NCBI GenBank assembly: GCA_002269645.1
Contig: NIVC01001843.1
Span: 1 to 64,000 of the forward strand
Direction: 5' to 3'
Source: Macrostomum lignano
Taxonomy: Eukaryota
DNA: 64,000 bases
Shown here: in pieces, positions 30,713-43,826 of the stretch
How the letters are laid out: every line of letters starts with the position of its first letter
Numbering within the stretch: position 1 is the stretch's first letter
Notes under the pieces: generated by a model
What the model was told of the DNA's origin: nothing
What the model saw: only the letters and a program-made list of their open reading frames with translations
Database searches by the model: none
Position numbers and translations under genes: made by a program

Positions 30713-33700
30713 TTAGTCTTCAAGAAAGAAGAAGTTTCCAGTCTTCTTCTGTTCAGCATCCTTGACGCTGTTCAATTTGTTAATTCGAGGCCGGAAATTG
30801 TTGGGATCTCGGCGGAAGGTGATGCCCAGTAGACGGAGGAACCGATTCATGCCTGCTAGGAGCGTCTCCGGGCTGTTGGCTCGGGTGTCCACGCCTGGGG
30901 AGCCATCGAATACCACCACCTGCGGCGTGGGGAGCATTGGCAATTGTGAGCGATTTTTGTGTTTTTTTAGGGCGATTCTGGGATTTCTAAGGGCGATTAA
31001 AAGAATTATGGGATTTCTAAGGGCGATTTCAAGAATTATGGGATTTCTAAGGGCGATTTCAAGAATTATGGGATTTCTAAGAAAGGTTCTGAGAATTATG
31101 GGATTTCTAAGAAAGATACTGAGGATTATGGGATTTCTAAGGGCGATTCTGAGGATTATGGGATTTCTAAGGGCGATTCTGAGAATTATGGGATTTCTAA
31201 GGGCGATTTCAAGAATTATGGGATTTCTAAGAAAGGTTCTGAGAATTATGGGATTTCTAAGAAAGATACTGAGGATTATGGGATTTTTAAGGGATAATCT
31301 GTGGATTACAGGATATTTAAGGGTAATTCTGAAATTATGGGATTCTAAGGGCGATTCTGAGGATAATGGGATTTCTAAGGGCGATTCTGAGGATTATGGG
31401 ATTTCTAAGGACAATTCTGAGGATTATGGGTATTCTAAGGGCGATTCTGAGGATTATGGGATTTCTAAGGGCGATTCTGAGGATTACGGGATTTCTAAGG
31501 GCGATCCTGAGGATCTGAGGATTCTGAAGATTATGTGATTCTTAAGGGCGATTCTTAGGATTATGGGATTTCTGAGGGCGATTTTGAGGATTATGGGATT
31601 TCTAAGAAAGATCCTGAGGATTATGGGATTTTTAAGAAAGATTCTGAGGATTATGGGATTTTTAAGGGAGATTCAGAGGGTTATGGGATTTTTAAGGGCC
31701 ATTCTGAGGATTATGGGATCTCTAAGGGCGATTCTGAAGAAATTAGCGAACAGAGGAAAGTAGAACACACCTGATCGGCCAGATAGGTAGCCATAATAAA
31801 ATCGTGTTCAACAACAAACGCGGCCTTTTTAGCGTGCAATATGTAGCGTTTAATAACTCTGGCCGCGTGCAAACGCTGCTCGGAGTCCAGATAGGCGGAG
31901 GGCTCGTCAATCAGGTACACGTCGGCCGGGGTGCCCAGGCAGATGGCCAGGGCCACTCGCTGGAGCTCGCCACCAGACAGGTTCTGCACCTCCTGGTCGT
32001 ACAATCGCTCCAGCTGAAGTTAAAGGGGATTAATTTACTTTATTTATTTTGAGCTTTAAAATCTGTTTGAAATATTTCGAAAGAAGCAAGTTGGATGAAA
32101 ATGGCAGTTGAGTTCACACATTAGGATTTCACAATTCAGGAAAATCGGATAACAGTTCAAGACTAAGGGTTCACACTTTAGGGCTAAGGGTTCACAGTTC
32201 AGGGCTAAGGGTTCACAGTGCAGGACTAAGGGTTCACAGTTCAGGACTAATGGTTCACAATCCAGGACTAGGGGTTCACAGTTCAGGACTAATGGGTTCA
32301 CAATTCAGGGCGAAGGGTTCACAATCCAGGACTAGGGGTCACATTTCAGGGCTAAGGGTTCACAACCCAGGGCTAAGGGTTCACAGTTCAGGGCTAAGGG
32401 TTCACAGTGCAGGACTAAGGGTTCACAGTTCAGGACTAATGGTTCACAATCCAGGACTAGGGGTTCACAGTTCAGGACTAATGGGTTCACAATTCAGGGC
32501 GAAGGGTTCACAATCCAGGACTAGGGGTTCACATTTCAGGACTAATGGGTTCACAATCCAGGACTAGGGGTTCACATTTCAGGGCTAAGGGTTCACAATC
32601 CAGGACTAAGGGTTCACAGTTCAGGACTAATGGTTCACAATCCAGGACTAGGGGTTCACAGTTCAGGACTAATGGGTTCACAATCCAGGACTAAGGGTTC
32701 ACAGTTCAGGACTAATGGTTCACAATCCAGGACTAGGGGTTCACATTTCAGGGCTAAGGGTTCACAATCCAGGACTAGGGGTTCACAGTTCAGGACTAAT
32801 GGGTTCACAATCCAGGACTAAGGGTTCACAGTTCAGGACTAATGGTTCACAATCCAGGACTAGGGGTTCACAGTTCAGGACTATGGGTTCACATTTCAGG
32901 GCGAAGGGTTCACAATCCAGGACTAGGGGTTCACATTTCAGGGCTAAGGGTTCACAATCCAGGACTAGGGGTTCACATTTCAGGACTAATGGGTTCAGAA
33001 TCCAGGACTAGGGGTTCACATTTCAGGGCTAAGGGTTCACAATCCAGGACTAGGGGTTCACATTTCAGGGCTAAGGCTTCACAGTTCAGGACTAATGGGT
33101 TCACAGTTGAGACCAAAGGCACTAAGCTTCATTATGAGGCAGTCACAGGCTAAAAAAAGCGGAACCCACCTCCAGCGGTTTAATAACATCAGTCTGGAAC
33201 TGCGGATGAGTGACGGCGTCGCGGATTTTTTGCAGAAACAAATTCTGTACTGTCTTGTCCGACTTCGGGCTGATCTTCTGCGGCTTGTAGCTGACCCGCA
33301 ATGCCGGCATTTCGCAGCCACCGTCGGGTTCCAGCCGGCCTCCAAGCAGTCGAATAAACGTAGTCTTACCAGTGCCGTTCTCGCCTAGCATGACAACAAT
33401 TTGCGAGTCGGCAAATGTGCCGGATTCGACTTTGAGGCTAAACGAATCTCCAAGGCGTTTGGTCATTTCCGGGTAGCTGTAGCGGGTCTGACGCTTGGTC
33501 TCCTCCTCCATGGCTGTCTCCGCTACCTGAGGGTTTTAAAAGTGTTATAATTTATGATAAAAGGTCAATTAAGGTCATTACAATGAAAGGATCGAAGGAC
33601 ATTTAAGGACATTTAAATAAAGTCAATATTTTTGCTGTGTCAAGCGTTTTGCATTTACAACAACTCTATTCAGTCTAATTGAGTCACTGGCAACATTTTC

Positions 33701-35500
33701 AACTGGGATTTGAATTCACCTTAAACACCAGAGCGGTGTCGCGGAAACGCAGATTCTCTGTAGGAATGAAGCCGTCAAGAAAGATGTTAATGCCTTCGCG
33801 TACGCCGGACGGCAGAGTCACAACACCGTAGGCTCCTGGGACGCCGTATAGACAGCAGATGAAATCGCTGAGATAGTCCAACACGCTGAGATCGTGCTCA
33901 ACTGCTACAACATAGTTACTATCGGTTAGTAGAGCTCGAATCGCTCTGGCGGCGTTAAGTCGCTGTTTAACGTCCAGATAACTGCTGGGCTCGTCGAACA
34001 TGTACACGTCGGCCTTCTGGATGCACACCATGGCGCAGGCGAAGCGTTGCAATTCGCCGCCGCTCAACATTTCAACTTCGCGGTCGCGCACGTGCAGCAA
34101 GTCGAATTGTTCGCAAACTGATTCTTGAACGCCGCGATCGTCTTTCTTGTCCATCAGGCCTTGCACTGTGCCTTTCACAGCTTTTGGTATCTGATCGACG
34201 TATTGCGGTTTCACTACAGCTTTAAGATTGTCTTCCAGTATTTTGGTGAAGAAGTTTTGCAACTCTGAGCCGCGAAAATACTGAAGAATCTCCATCCATT
34301 CGGGCGGTTGGCTGTACCTGTGAGTTGGATTTGGGGTTTTGGGTAGCTAAAAAAGTTAGACCTAAAAAAGTTGTAGGTCAAGATTTTAGGTCAGGATTAG
34401 GAGTAGATTTGTTTCGGAGCTAGACTCAGTTTAAGGTCAGGATTAGGAGTAGCTTTGTGTCGGAGCTAGACTCAGTTTAAGGTCAGGATTAGGAGTAGCT
34501 TTGTGTCGGAGCTAGACTCAGTTTAAGGTCAGGATTAGGAGTAGCTTTGTGTCGGAGCTAGACTCAGTTTAAGGTCAGGATTAGGAGTAGCTTTGTGTCG
34601 GAGCTAGACTCAGTTTAAGGTCAGGATTAGGAGTAGCTTTGTGTCGGAGCTAGACTCAGTTTAAGATCAGGATTAGGAGTAGCTTTGTGGTGGAGCTAGA
34701 CTCAGTTTTAGGTCAGGTTTAGAAGTAGCTTTGTGATGGAGCTAGACTCGGTTTTAGGTCAGGTTTAGAAGTAGCTTTGTGATGGAGCTAGACTCAGTTT
34801 TAGGTCAGGTTTAGAAGTAGCTTTTTGATGGAGCTAGACTCAGTTTTAGGTCAGGTTTAGAAGTACCTTGTGGTGGAGCTAGACTCAGTTTTAGGTCAGG
34901 ATTAGAAGTACCTTGTGATGGAGCTAGACTCAGTTTTAGGTCAGGTTTGGGCGTAGGTTTGTGGTGAAGCTAGACTCAGTTTTAGGTCAGTTTTGGGCGT
35001 AGGTTTGTGCCGGAGCTAGACTGTTTTAGGTCAGGATTAGGAGTAGCTTTGTGACGGAGCTAGACTCAGTTTTAGGTCAGGTTTAGATGGTAGTTGTCCT
35101 ACCTGCCCAAGTTGGGCTTGAGCTTGCCAGCCAGGATCTTCAGCGCCGTACTCTTGCCGATACCATTAGTGCCGACCAGTCCAAGCACTTCGCCTGGCCT
35201 GGGCGTTGGCAGTCGGTGCAGCTTGAAAGAGTTCGGACCATACCGATGAGTAGTGTCCTTCTCCAAGTTGCTAGGCAAATTAATAATATTAATAGCCTCG
35301 AATGGGCACTTCTTCACGCAGATACCGCAGCCGATGCACAGCTCCTCGGAGATGAACGCCGTCTTATCAGCTGGCGTCACTTCGATGCACAGTTTGCCAA
35401 CTCGAACCACTGGACAGGAGCGTTTGCACTCTTGCCGGCATTTCTTCGGCTTGCACCTGTCGGAGCTCACTATGGCTATGCGAGTCAGCTTGTCCGACAT
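30713..35500 (-). CDS. ABCE1: ATP-binding cassette sub-family E member 1 (Rli1/RNase L inhibitor; ribosome recycling factor), 5 exons
   Basis: Exons 35500-35103, 34317-33720, 33526-33170, 32013-31771, 30919-30713 join in frame with GT-AG sites. N-terminal Fe-S cysteines (CKPKKC..C, CIGCGIC..KCP); Walker [10 protein letters not shown] and GENGTGKTT; LSGGELQ signatures; DEPS Walker B; C-terminal [14 protein letters not shown]...NFFFLED. Confidence 0.97.
30960..31740. repeat. 30-bp minisatellite (GGATTTCTAAGGGCGATTCTGAGGATTATG)n, ABCE1 intron 4
   Basis: Direct tandem units. Confidence 0.95.
32150..33110. repeat. 21-22-bp minisatellite (AGGGTTCACA(G/A)TTCAGGACTA)n, ABCE1 intron 3
   Basis: Direct tandem units. 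Confidence 0.95.
34385..35085. repeat. ~46-bp minisatellite (GGAGCTAGACTCAGTTTAAGGTCAGGATTAGGAGTAGCTTTGTGTC)n, ABCE1 intron 1
   Basis: Direct tandem units. Confidence 0.95.
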
Positions 35501-36983
35501 CTTCTGTTAGCTTCCTACTAGAAGAAAATTAACACAGTATCGCCTTTTTTATACTACCAGTTTGCTTTGTGTGCACTTTATTAGATATCTAATAGTGCTT
35601 TGACATGAATTGAGCAAATAGAAAGCTGTGTAAACATATGGTTTATATGAAATATTGTGTACTTTAATTAAGGGGAAATAGCCTAGTGGTCTAATGCAGT
35701 GATCCTTGCAAGCGACTCTGTAACTCTGCTTGTGCAATTAATGCAATTAAGTAACAACTTGGTGGCACCAGAGAGATTAAATCAAAGGCTAAAACTCCTT
35801 TAACATAATTAATATTTTTTCAGTTATAACCAATCTTTTCCAACTTTTATTTCAGGTATGATTATATCAAAAATAGCAAATTTTATATATAGCCCCCTAT
35901 GCATTTTAGGCCTAAAACTAACTTTTTAAGGCTTTAAGGTTTTGGCTATTCTGGCTATATTAAATTTATTCTTATCAATAGTAACAGATAAGGGATAAAA
36001 AAGCTAAAAAATGATAGTAGCATATATTAACTAGATAATTATTTAATTATTCCAATATATAATTGGAATAGAAATTAGTTATATAAAAAAGTTATAAAAA
36101 TATTATTAGCAAAAAAGTTTAAGGCGAAAAAAGTTATATTGCCTAATACTAATATGCAAAATTCACTTTAAAAGCCCATTAAAAAAGTCAAAAAACACTT
36201 CAGTATATCAAAAAATTAGGTTTCACAATTATTGTACATTTTACTCACTTTTCAAATCACTTCAAATCATCATTGCAATTGTAATCTAAACATAGCATAG
36301 AAAATGATGGAAGCATAGCTTATATTCACTTTTGTTATACAATTATTTAAATGATGAATTATATATGTGATTTTATTATTAAGATTAACCCAAAGGAGTA
36401 ATTTGTACATTTTGAATTACAATCACACTAATAGTAAAATTGTATTAGAGGGATCATATCACAAAATTGAATAGATTAATATGGACCCAAATTCATAGTT
36501 TGATTGTGTTTATTCTATAGACACAAAGTCCAATCTATATCAAATAGTATATCTTCATCAATAATCAATGCATGGTTGAGAATAAAATTTTTTATTATGA
36601 TAATTGTTTTTGCACCCTCCCTCACTTTCATCTTATGATCCCCACTCAATATAAATCATATATCCATTTTACAAGGGATTGTAAGATGAAAGTGAGGGGG
36701 CTAGAAGCAGGTGCATTATAAATGTCCAATTCTTGTTTCCGCAGAATATCTAAGACATAGCTAAGACAAAACAGCAGGATGTCTATCAGTTGATTAATAT
36801 ATCAATAATTTCTTAAAATTTTGAAATATCATCTCTCTAATACAATTTTATTATTGGTGTGATTATAATTTGAAACCAACAAGCTCTTTTGGTTTTATCT
36901 TACAATTACCTACATATAAATTTACCATTTAAATGATTATAGGACAAAAGTGAATATAAGCTACCTTCACAACAAAACACAAG

Positions 36984-37925
36984 TGTAGTGATCTGCTAGT
37001 TTGGTGTTGGGTGTTGCACTCTTGTCAGCAGATTCCTTTGCCCTTGTCCTAGGTTGCTGTCTGATGCTGGGCAGCCTCCCTTCCCTTTTGCTGCCTGTTC
37101 TCTGGCACCCCCTCTTCTCTGCTGTGGCCTGCTTTGCGGTTTGTTCCTGTCCTGAGGTCACGCTGCTGGCCTGTTTCCCTTGTCATGTGAGCAAGTCACC
37201 TGACAAGTCTTGTTTTCTTGAAGCCCTTTATATGACCCATGTTTACTGCACTTGTTGGCCCGTGTTTACAGGAGGAATCACATGCTTCGGGGCCCTTGCT
37301 TTCTCTAAGGTAATAGGTGACTCATGTTTCTAAAAATAGATACTGAGTCATGCAGCCCTGTGCACTTTACCCATGGACCCTGCCTTTTCTAAGGCAGAGG
37401 GTGACGTCAGTTCTAAAAATAGAACAGAGTCACGAGGTCCTGTGCACACTGGTGCAGCGGGGATATCCTGCCTATAAATATGTGCCCCTCACCGTTGGTT
37501 CAGTCAAGGATTTTGTCTTCTTAGTCTCCTAGTTTTCGAATTAGTCTTCTTATTGTCTTCTAATTCTTCTTCTTGTTGACTTTGTCCAGTTGCTCATTGG
37601 CCTGACTAAACTTAGATGCCCAAGCCTAAGGGAGGCTAACACTGCCTTCCCAGCCACCCCCTGAGCCTAGCAGGATCTGCTGACCAGGATACATTGTTCA
37701 TTAATCTGCAAATCTGCACGCTGTACTGAGTTTGTTGACTTGTTTATTTCGTTCCAATGGGAAGCTCACCTCATGCACTGAAGGCCGAGACCTGAAGGAA
37801 CTGGTGGCAGCACTACTTACACTACTAAGAGCTAATAGAAGGCTTCCGGTTGAGATGGAAAGCCCAAATCACTGTGCTAGACAGCAGGAGAAGCACAGGT
37901 ACATTGGTGGCAGCGGTGGGATTCA
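36984..37925 (+). mobile_element. Old LTR with adjacent tRNA-Leu primer-binding site; internal coding region absent
   Basis: Begins TGTAGTGA, has a TATA-like CCTATAAA at ~37470 and ends ..TACA before PBS TGGTGGCAGCGGTGGGATTC (37905-37924). Patchy similarity to the element at 57338-58405. Confidence 0.6.
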
Positions 37926-38679
37926 AAGACCTACTACGTTACCCCAAGAATTGATGCTACAATGCTTAGAAGTGGTTCTATTTGAAGTTTGATTATAAGA
38001 GTAATTTTAACTTGTAATTTTGCTATATTTCAAGGGGGATTGTATTTAGGAAGTCCCCAATTCTATATGAATAGTGGATAGTGCTACAGAATCATAAAAC
38101 AAAAAAATGCCATTAAAATAAAAAAATGATATATATATGATGCAGTGTTCAGTACCAGTATGTTAATAAGCATTAATCCATTAATAAACATTAAGATTTT
38201 TCATTAAAATTAATAGACTGCCATTCAGATTTTTTGTACTAACAAATTAACAAATTTGCATTAATAATTTTGTGAGTTAATGACAAATTCATCATTAATG
38301 CTAATGACAATGTTAATGACCAACAATGCAAAGGAACAAAGATATAAGTCTAATAAGAAGTTACAATATTATAAATATGTTTGAATTTACCAAATACCTA
38401 ATTAATCTCTTTGTTTATGACAATGATCATGCAGATGCATACATGCCCAACACCCGTCTGACCTATCCAAACTGGACAGATCAAATGGTTGCTAGCCAAG
38501 GTAAGTTGCAAAATTGAAAACATAAAAAAACTAAAAATTGGGGGAAGAAAGAAAGGAGAAGAAGAGAAAAGGAAAAGAAAGGAGGGAGAATAGAGGGGAA
38601 AGAGGAGAGAGAAAAAAAGAAAAGAAAAGAGAAAAAGGCAAGAAAAATCATATACAAAGTGAAAATAAAGTTGCAATTA

Positions 38680-38990
38680 GGAGGAACTAAGTCGCAATTG
38701 GGAGGAACTAAGTTGCAATCAGGAGGAACTAAGTTGCAATTGGTAGGAACTAAGTTGCAATCAGGAGGAACTAATTTGCAATTGGGAAGAACTAATTTGC
38801 AATCAAGAGGAAATAGCTTGTAAATGGGTTTGGGAGGAACTAAGTTGCAATCTGGAGGAACTAATTTGCAATCAAGAGGAACTAGCTTGTAAGTGGCAAT
38901 TGGGAGGAACTCAGTCGCAATCAGGAGGAACTAAGTCACAATTGAGAGGAACTAAGTTGCAATTGGGAGGAACTAAGTTGCAATTGGGAG
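38680..38990. repeat. 21-bp minisatellite (GCAATTGGGAGGAACTAAGTT)n
   Basis: Direct tandem units. Confidence 0.9.
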
Positions 38991-39049
38991 ATTTTTTGCC
39001 TGTCATCTAGGCATTATATATATGGCAAATTTTTGAAGGCATGATACAT

Positions 39050-39720
39050 AGAATATACCAATTTGTGTGCAGCACAATGGCATTGGAAGAATTCGTTTCT
39101 TGCTCATGGCTTTAGCAAACTTGTAAGTCCAACTTGACTTCCTGTCACAATACTATCTTGAGTAAATAAATTTTTTAGCATATCATGCTTTGTCTTGTTT
39201 CTATGACGGAGAGTTGCTTAAATCTATAGAAGTACATTATTGGTTTGCTCTTCTTAAGCATCCTGAAATATATCATTAGGTAACTATTTGTAACTTTTTT
39301 GGCAAGCACTCATGTTTTTGGCCATTAGTCTCAGTCTCACTCTGAATCCAAGTCCAAATAAATGGCTGTATATGGTCATTGGATCCATATTTCAAGTATC
39401 AGGATCAGTTGATGGGCAAGATTCTATGGCAATAGATTCAGCATGAGCATTGCGCCATCATACAAATTCTGTCTCAAGATGTCTAGTTTCTTCATTCATT
39501 TCAAAAACAGCTTTTATTTCAGCTGAAATTATTTCAGAAGAGCAATATGCATAGGTTGTTGCATCTCAGATAGATCTCTATTAGAAGCAACAAGATTTTG
39601 CATTGCCATTAACAGTCCTTATCTGTGTGACTGTGAGCTTGCTAAACATTGGGATGGTGGTGCTTCTAGTTCCCTTGAATATGCTGCAGCTGCACCATCA
39701 CCTGATCCCCAGTCTACACT
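39050..39720 (-). pseudogene. Degenerate hAT-type (ZNF862-like) transposase fragment
   Basis: Minus-strand reading with several stops ends ..VTGSQVGLTSLLKP*ARNEFFQCHCAAHKF, matching the hAT G..G....LK....HCxAH motif. Confidence 0.5.
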
Positions 39721-42029
39721 TAAGATTGCTGGTAAATTTTTTCTAATATCCAATGTGCACTAGAACAATCATTACCTTTTCCATTTCCATACCAATCATT
39801 GCCATTAATAAAAGTGAAAATTTTCATTCATGGTGCCCAATACTGATATGATGTGATCTAGCTTATAATAAGAATAGGCCCACTAGCTACTTTTAACATA
39901 GGCCCTGTGCTTTATCAAATAATGATATTTATCCATATACCATAGTCCGGATCATGATCATGCGGGTGCACGCCCGAACAAAAATTGAATAATTACAAAT
40001 GCACGCCGTGAAAAAATAGTGCACGCCCATTCTCAAAAAATGACCTTTTTTACGTTGTGACAATAAAATACCTTTTTAAATTGCGTAATAGACCCTTATT
40101 ATTAGATAATTTTGTTGCTTTTAAAGCTTTTTCGGCGATACTATTTACAACGGAAATTTTAAACACGCAAAGATTTGTTTAAATACTCGATTACGAGCTA
40201 AAAAAAACTGGAAAGCGGGTCTCCCTAAAACACGCCCCGCACCGCCCTGCAGCGCTACACATTAAATCAAAATGGACTATAACTGAAAACACTTCAAAAT
40301 GCATTTTTTGTTAAGCTTCAAAGTTTTTATTAAATTAAGTTTTTTTACTATGAAATATAAAATTCGGTGAATAATAAGTGATATTTTTGATAATATTATT
40401 AAAAGATTAATAATATAATTTAATAATAAAAAACAAGAATATAAAAAATAATAACAATATTTATCATAATAATCAAAGATATTTATTCTATTACTCGTAC
40501 AACAAATATTTTTCTTTGCAATCAAATACTGCATTGACAAAAAATGTTATAATGTGTAGCGGTTCGGGGCGGTGCGGTGCGTGTTTTAGGACGTATGAAA
40601 CATTCGCCGACACTTATTCAGACACTTCTACAGACACTTTAGTTTCTGTCGTACGGTTAGGAACAAGCATTAAATTTGTCTAGGACACTTCCTAATTCAT
40701 ATTTAATTAAATAAAGCAGTCCATGCATAGTTTTAATTTTGCAATTTTGTTTTTGTGCACTCGTTCCAGACTTTCAAATTATGGCTTTTATCGCGTAGCG
40801 TGCACATGCATCGTGTACAACGATTAGCTGCAGCGTGCTAAATAGTTCAATGAGGTATTAAAAGCGTACAAGGAGACGAACCTCAAGTATTTGTACATTT
40901 TAGTTGAAGTTAAAAGTTCAAGCTTTTAGTGAATCATTGGAAAATAAAACTATCCGTTTTAAATCGTGCAACATATTGTTTTGTCTCGGCCATTTGTCAC
41001 ACTGTCACTTTTGGTTGCAAGGTTTTTTAAAAGAGAAACTGTTGCTTTTCCAATGCTGAAGTATTTGTGTTGTATGGATCAGGGTTTTTCGTCAAAATTT
41101 GGATGCATGTATACATCTAAACATGTATATGCAGATGGAAATATAATAATCAAGATGCCATATGTATATTTGCCAACATTTTCAGATTTTGTATAAAGAT
41201 GATCAAGGTTGAAGATTACCCTATGGTATAACTCCATTTTACTATTTCAAAGTGCCCACGTGAAGTTAGATTTAGCATGCCAGCCTTAAAAAAATAAAAA
41301 AATCTACATAGTGTAGAATTGTATACTCTTTTATTTAAGGCTATATTATATTCCCAATATATTTGCTTAGATAAATCGAAAGTATTTACTTTAATTGAAA
41401 AAAATAATGTTCACTACAAATATTTTAATATAGAAACCAGGAAACATAAACCTATCAAGTGTTATATAGAAATGACGGATAAAGATATGGATAGAATATA
41501 ATAAAGCCATTGTAGGCATTAAATATAAAACAAAAGAATCACTTAAGGCAAAATTTGAAAAAAGTGAATTTTTGGCATTCTCCAAGAAAAAAGGCTTATA
41601 ATTTGAAATATTTTTGCTTTTGTTTGACAAAAATATGTATAGGTTTATACTTTTGGGCAAGGTTTATTTTCTCTTAAAATTCTAATTGTAAATTTGCCAG
41701 TAAGCCTAAAAATTGTTGTAAGTTGAAGCTCAAATAAAATTAGTCTTAACTCCAATCTGACTTTCCAAAGTAAATCCCTAAATTATTTGTTACAATTGCT
41801 TTTAAAAACTTGCCATTTCATTCATTCATTAATCAAAATTTTGTTCTAGAAACTGATACCTATAGAAGGTTTATAGTTTTTAAGAAATCTGGTAACTAGT
41901 GTCAGAGAAATATGTTTATGTAGGTTTTATATATATCAACCTTATATATAAAAATGGTTGCACACTGAGATTTAAATACTGCTTCTAACATGTGTGTCCA
42001 GAGGTGAGATTGTGGCCAAATGCACACCA

Positions 42030-42925
42030 ATAGCATACCAACTCCATACCAATATGCCAATTGCATACCAACTCCATACCAACTGCATACCAACTCCATA
42101 CCAACATGCCAACTGCATACCAACTACATACCAACTGCATACCAACTATATACCAACATGCCAACTGCATACCAACTCCATACCAACTATATTCCAACAT
42201 GCCAACTATATACCAACACCATACCAACTGTATGCCAACTGCATACCAACTACATACCAACATGCCAACTGCATACCAACACCATACCAACTCCATACCA
42301 ACTGCATACCAACTCCATACCAACATGCCAACTGCATACCAACACCATACCAACTGCATACCAACTCCATACCAACATGCCAACTGCATACCAACTACAT
42401 ACCAACTGCATACCAATTATATACCAACATGCCAACTGCATACCAACTGCATACCAACTATATTCCAACATGCCAACTGTATACCAACACCATACCAACT
42501 ACATACCAACTGCATACCAACTATATACCAACATGCCAACTGCATACCAACTGCATACCAACTGCATACCAACTATATTCCAACATGCCAACTGTATACC
42601 AACACCATACCAACTGTATGCCAACTGCATACCAACTATATTCCAACATGCCAACTGTATACCAACACCATACCAACTGCATACCAACTGCATACCAACT
42701 ATATTCCAACATGCCAACTGTATACCAACACCATACCAACTCCATACCAACTGCATACCAACTCCATACCAACATGCCAACTGCATACCAACTGCATACC
42801 AACTGCATACCAACATGCCAACTGCATACCAACATGCCAACTGCATACCAACTCCATACCAACTGCATGCCAACTGCATACCAACTATACCAACTGTATA
42901 CCAACACCATACCAACTCCATACCA
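42030..42925. repeat. (ATACCAAC(T/A).C)-based minisatellite in the left foldback arm; mirror copy at ~45690-46420
   Basis: Tandem 11/19-bp units; array length differs between the arms. Confidence 0.95.
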
Positions 42926-43136
42926 AGAATGTTAAATGGCGAAACTCGTAGGAACTTTTAGGTTCTCTTTTTGTACAACTCTTGGGATACTTCTGCCATG
43001 TTGCCATCTTTCGTGACTCTTTTGATGACTAAAATCGCACTCTTCCATATTCCAGGACCAGTTATTACAAGGCCCACCGGATGCTGTTCTGCCTTGTGTA
43101 GGTGCGGTCCTACCATGCCCTTCTCTTTTTGTCATT

Positions 43137-43826
43137 GTGACGTTCAACAACAGCGATGAACTATCGATTCAGTCGGTTTGCCAGAGACTTTGCGTTTGCA
43201 CACGTTCATTTAATCATTCTAATATCCGTGTGCGAGACGGATTTCGTAGGTGCGGACGTGATCGAGTGTCTGTTGTCCAATTAATAACCGATCCTAGCAA
43301 GGTTGCATTTTTGCACGGTGTGTATGGTTGTGGAAACAAAGGCCACCGTGGTAATGGCATTGCTTGGCTGCAGCGTGTAACTAAGCCACATCTGACGCAG
43401 TCAGTTGTCCTACGTCGAGAGATTCTGGGTCACCATTTTCAAAGTTCAAAGCGACTGCGGAAGCAAGTTTTGCAGAGCTTTCGGCTCCTTATTTCTTCAT
43501 GTGATGTGTCTGTTCTTCGTTCTCTGCTCGTTGTCTCGCGCGGCTTCAGTCAGCTACAATCGACTGTGCACCGTCGGCGTTTCATGCAGCGGCGATCACG
43601 CCCAACTGATGAGGAGCAGCGGCAGCACGCGCTGCAAGACGAGCAGCGGCATCTCGAGCTGGATGAACAGCGGCATCTCGAGCTGGATGAACAGCGGCAT
43701 CCGCAGATACGTATTCTGTGGCCGCACTATAGCTACTGTGTCAGTGATTTGACTGTACGAAAAGTATCTTTGTCAGCGGCATTCAATGACGTGAAGCGAA
43801 ACTGCTGCGCTCTTTTTTACGGCTAA
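43137..43826 (+). CDS. Unidentified ORF in the left foldback arm (C-terminus diverges at the arm/spacer junction)
   Basis: 229-codon open frame, identical in sequence to the right-arm ORF until the DEQRH repeats; no family recognised. Confidence 0.35.
   Translation: MTFNNSDELSIQSVCQRLCVCTRSFNHSNIRVRDGFRRCGRDRVSVVQLITDPSKVAFLHGVYGCGNKGHRGNGIAWLQRVTKPHLTQSVVLRREILGHHFQSSKRLRKQVLQSFRLLISSCDVSVLRSLLVVSRGFSQLQSTVHRRRFMQRRSRPTDEEQRQHALQDEQRHLELDEQRHLELDEQRHPQIRILWPHYSYCVSDLTVRKVSLSAAFNDVKRNCCALFYG

Noticed and set aside
35087-35521. Plus-strand ORFs over ABCE1 exons (also 31804, 33095)
   Set aside because: Antisense shadows of the conserved ABCE1 frame
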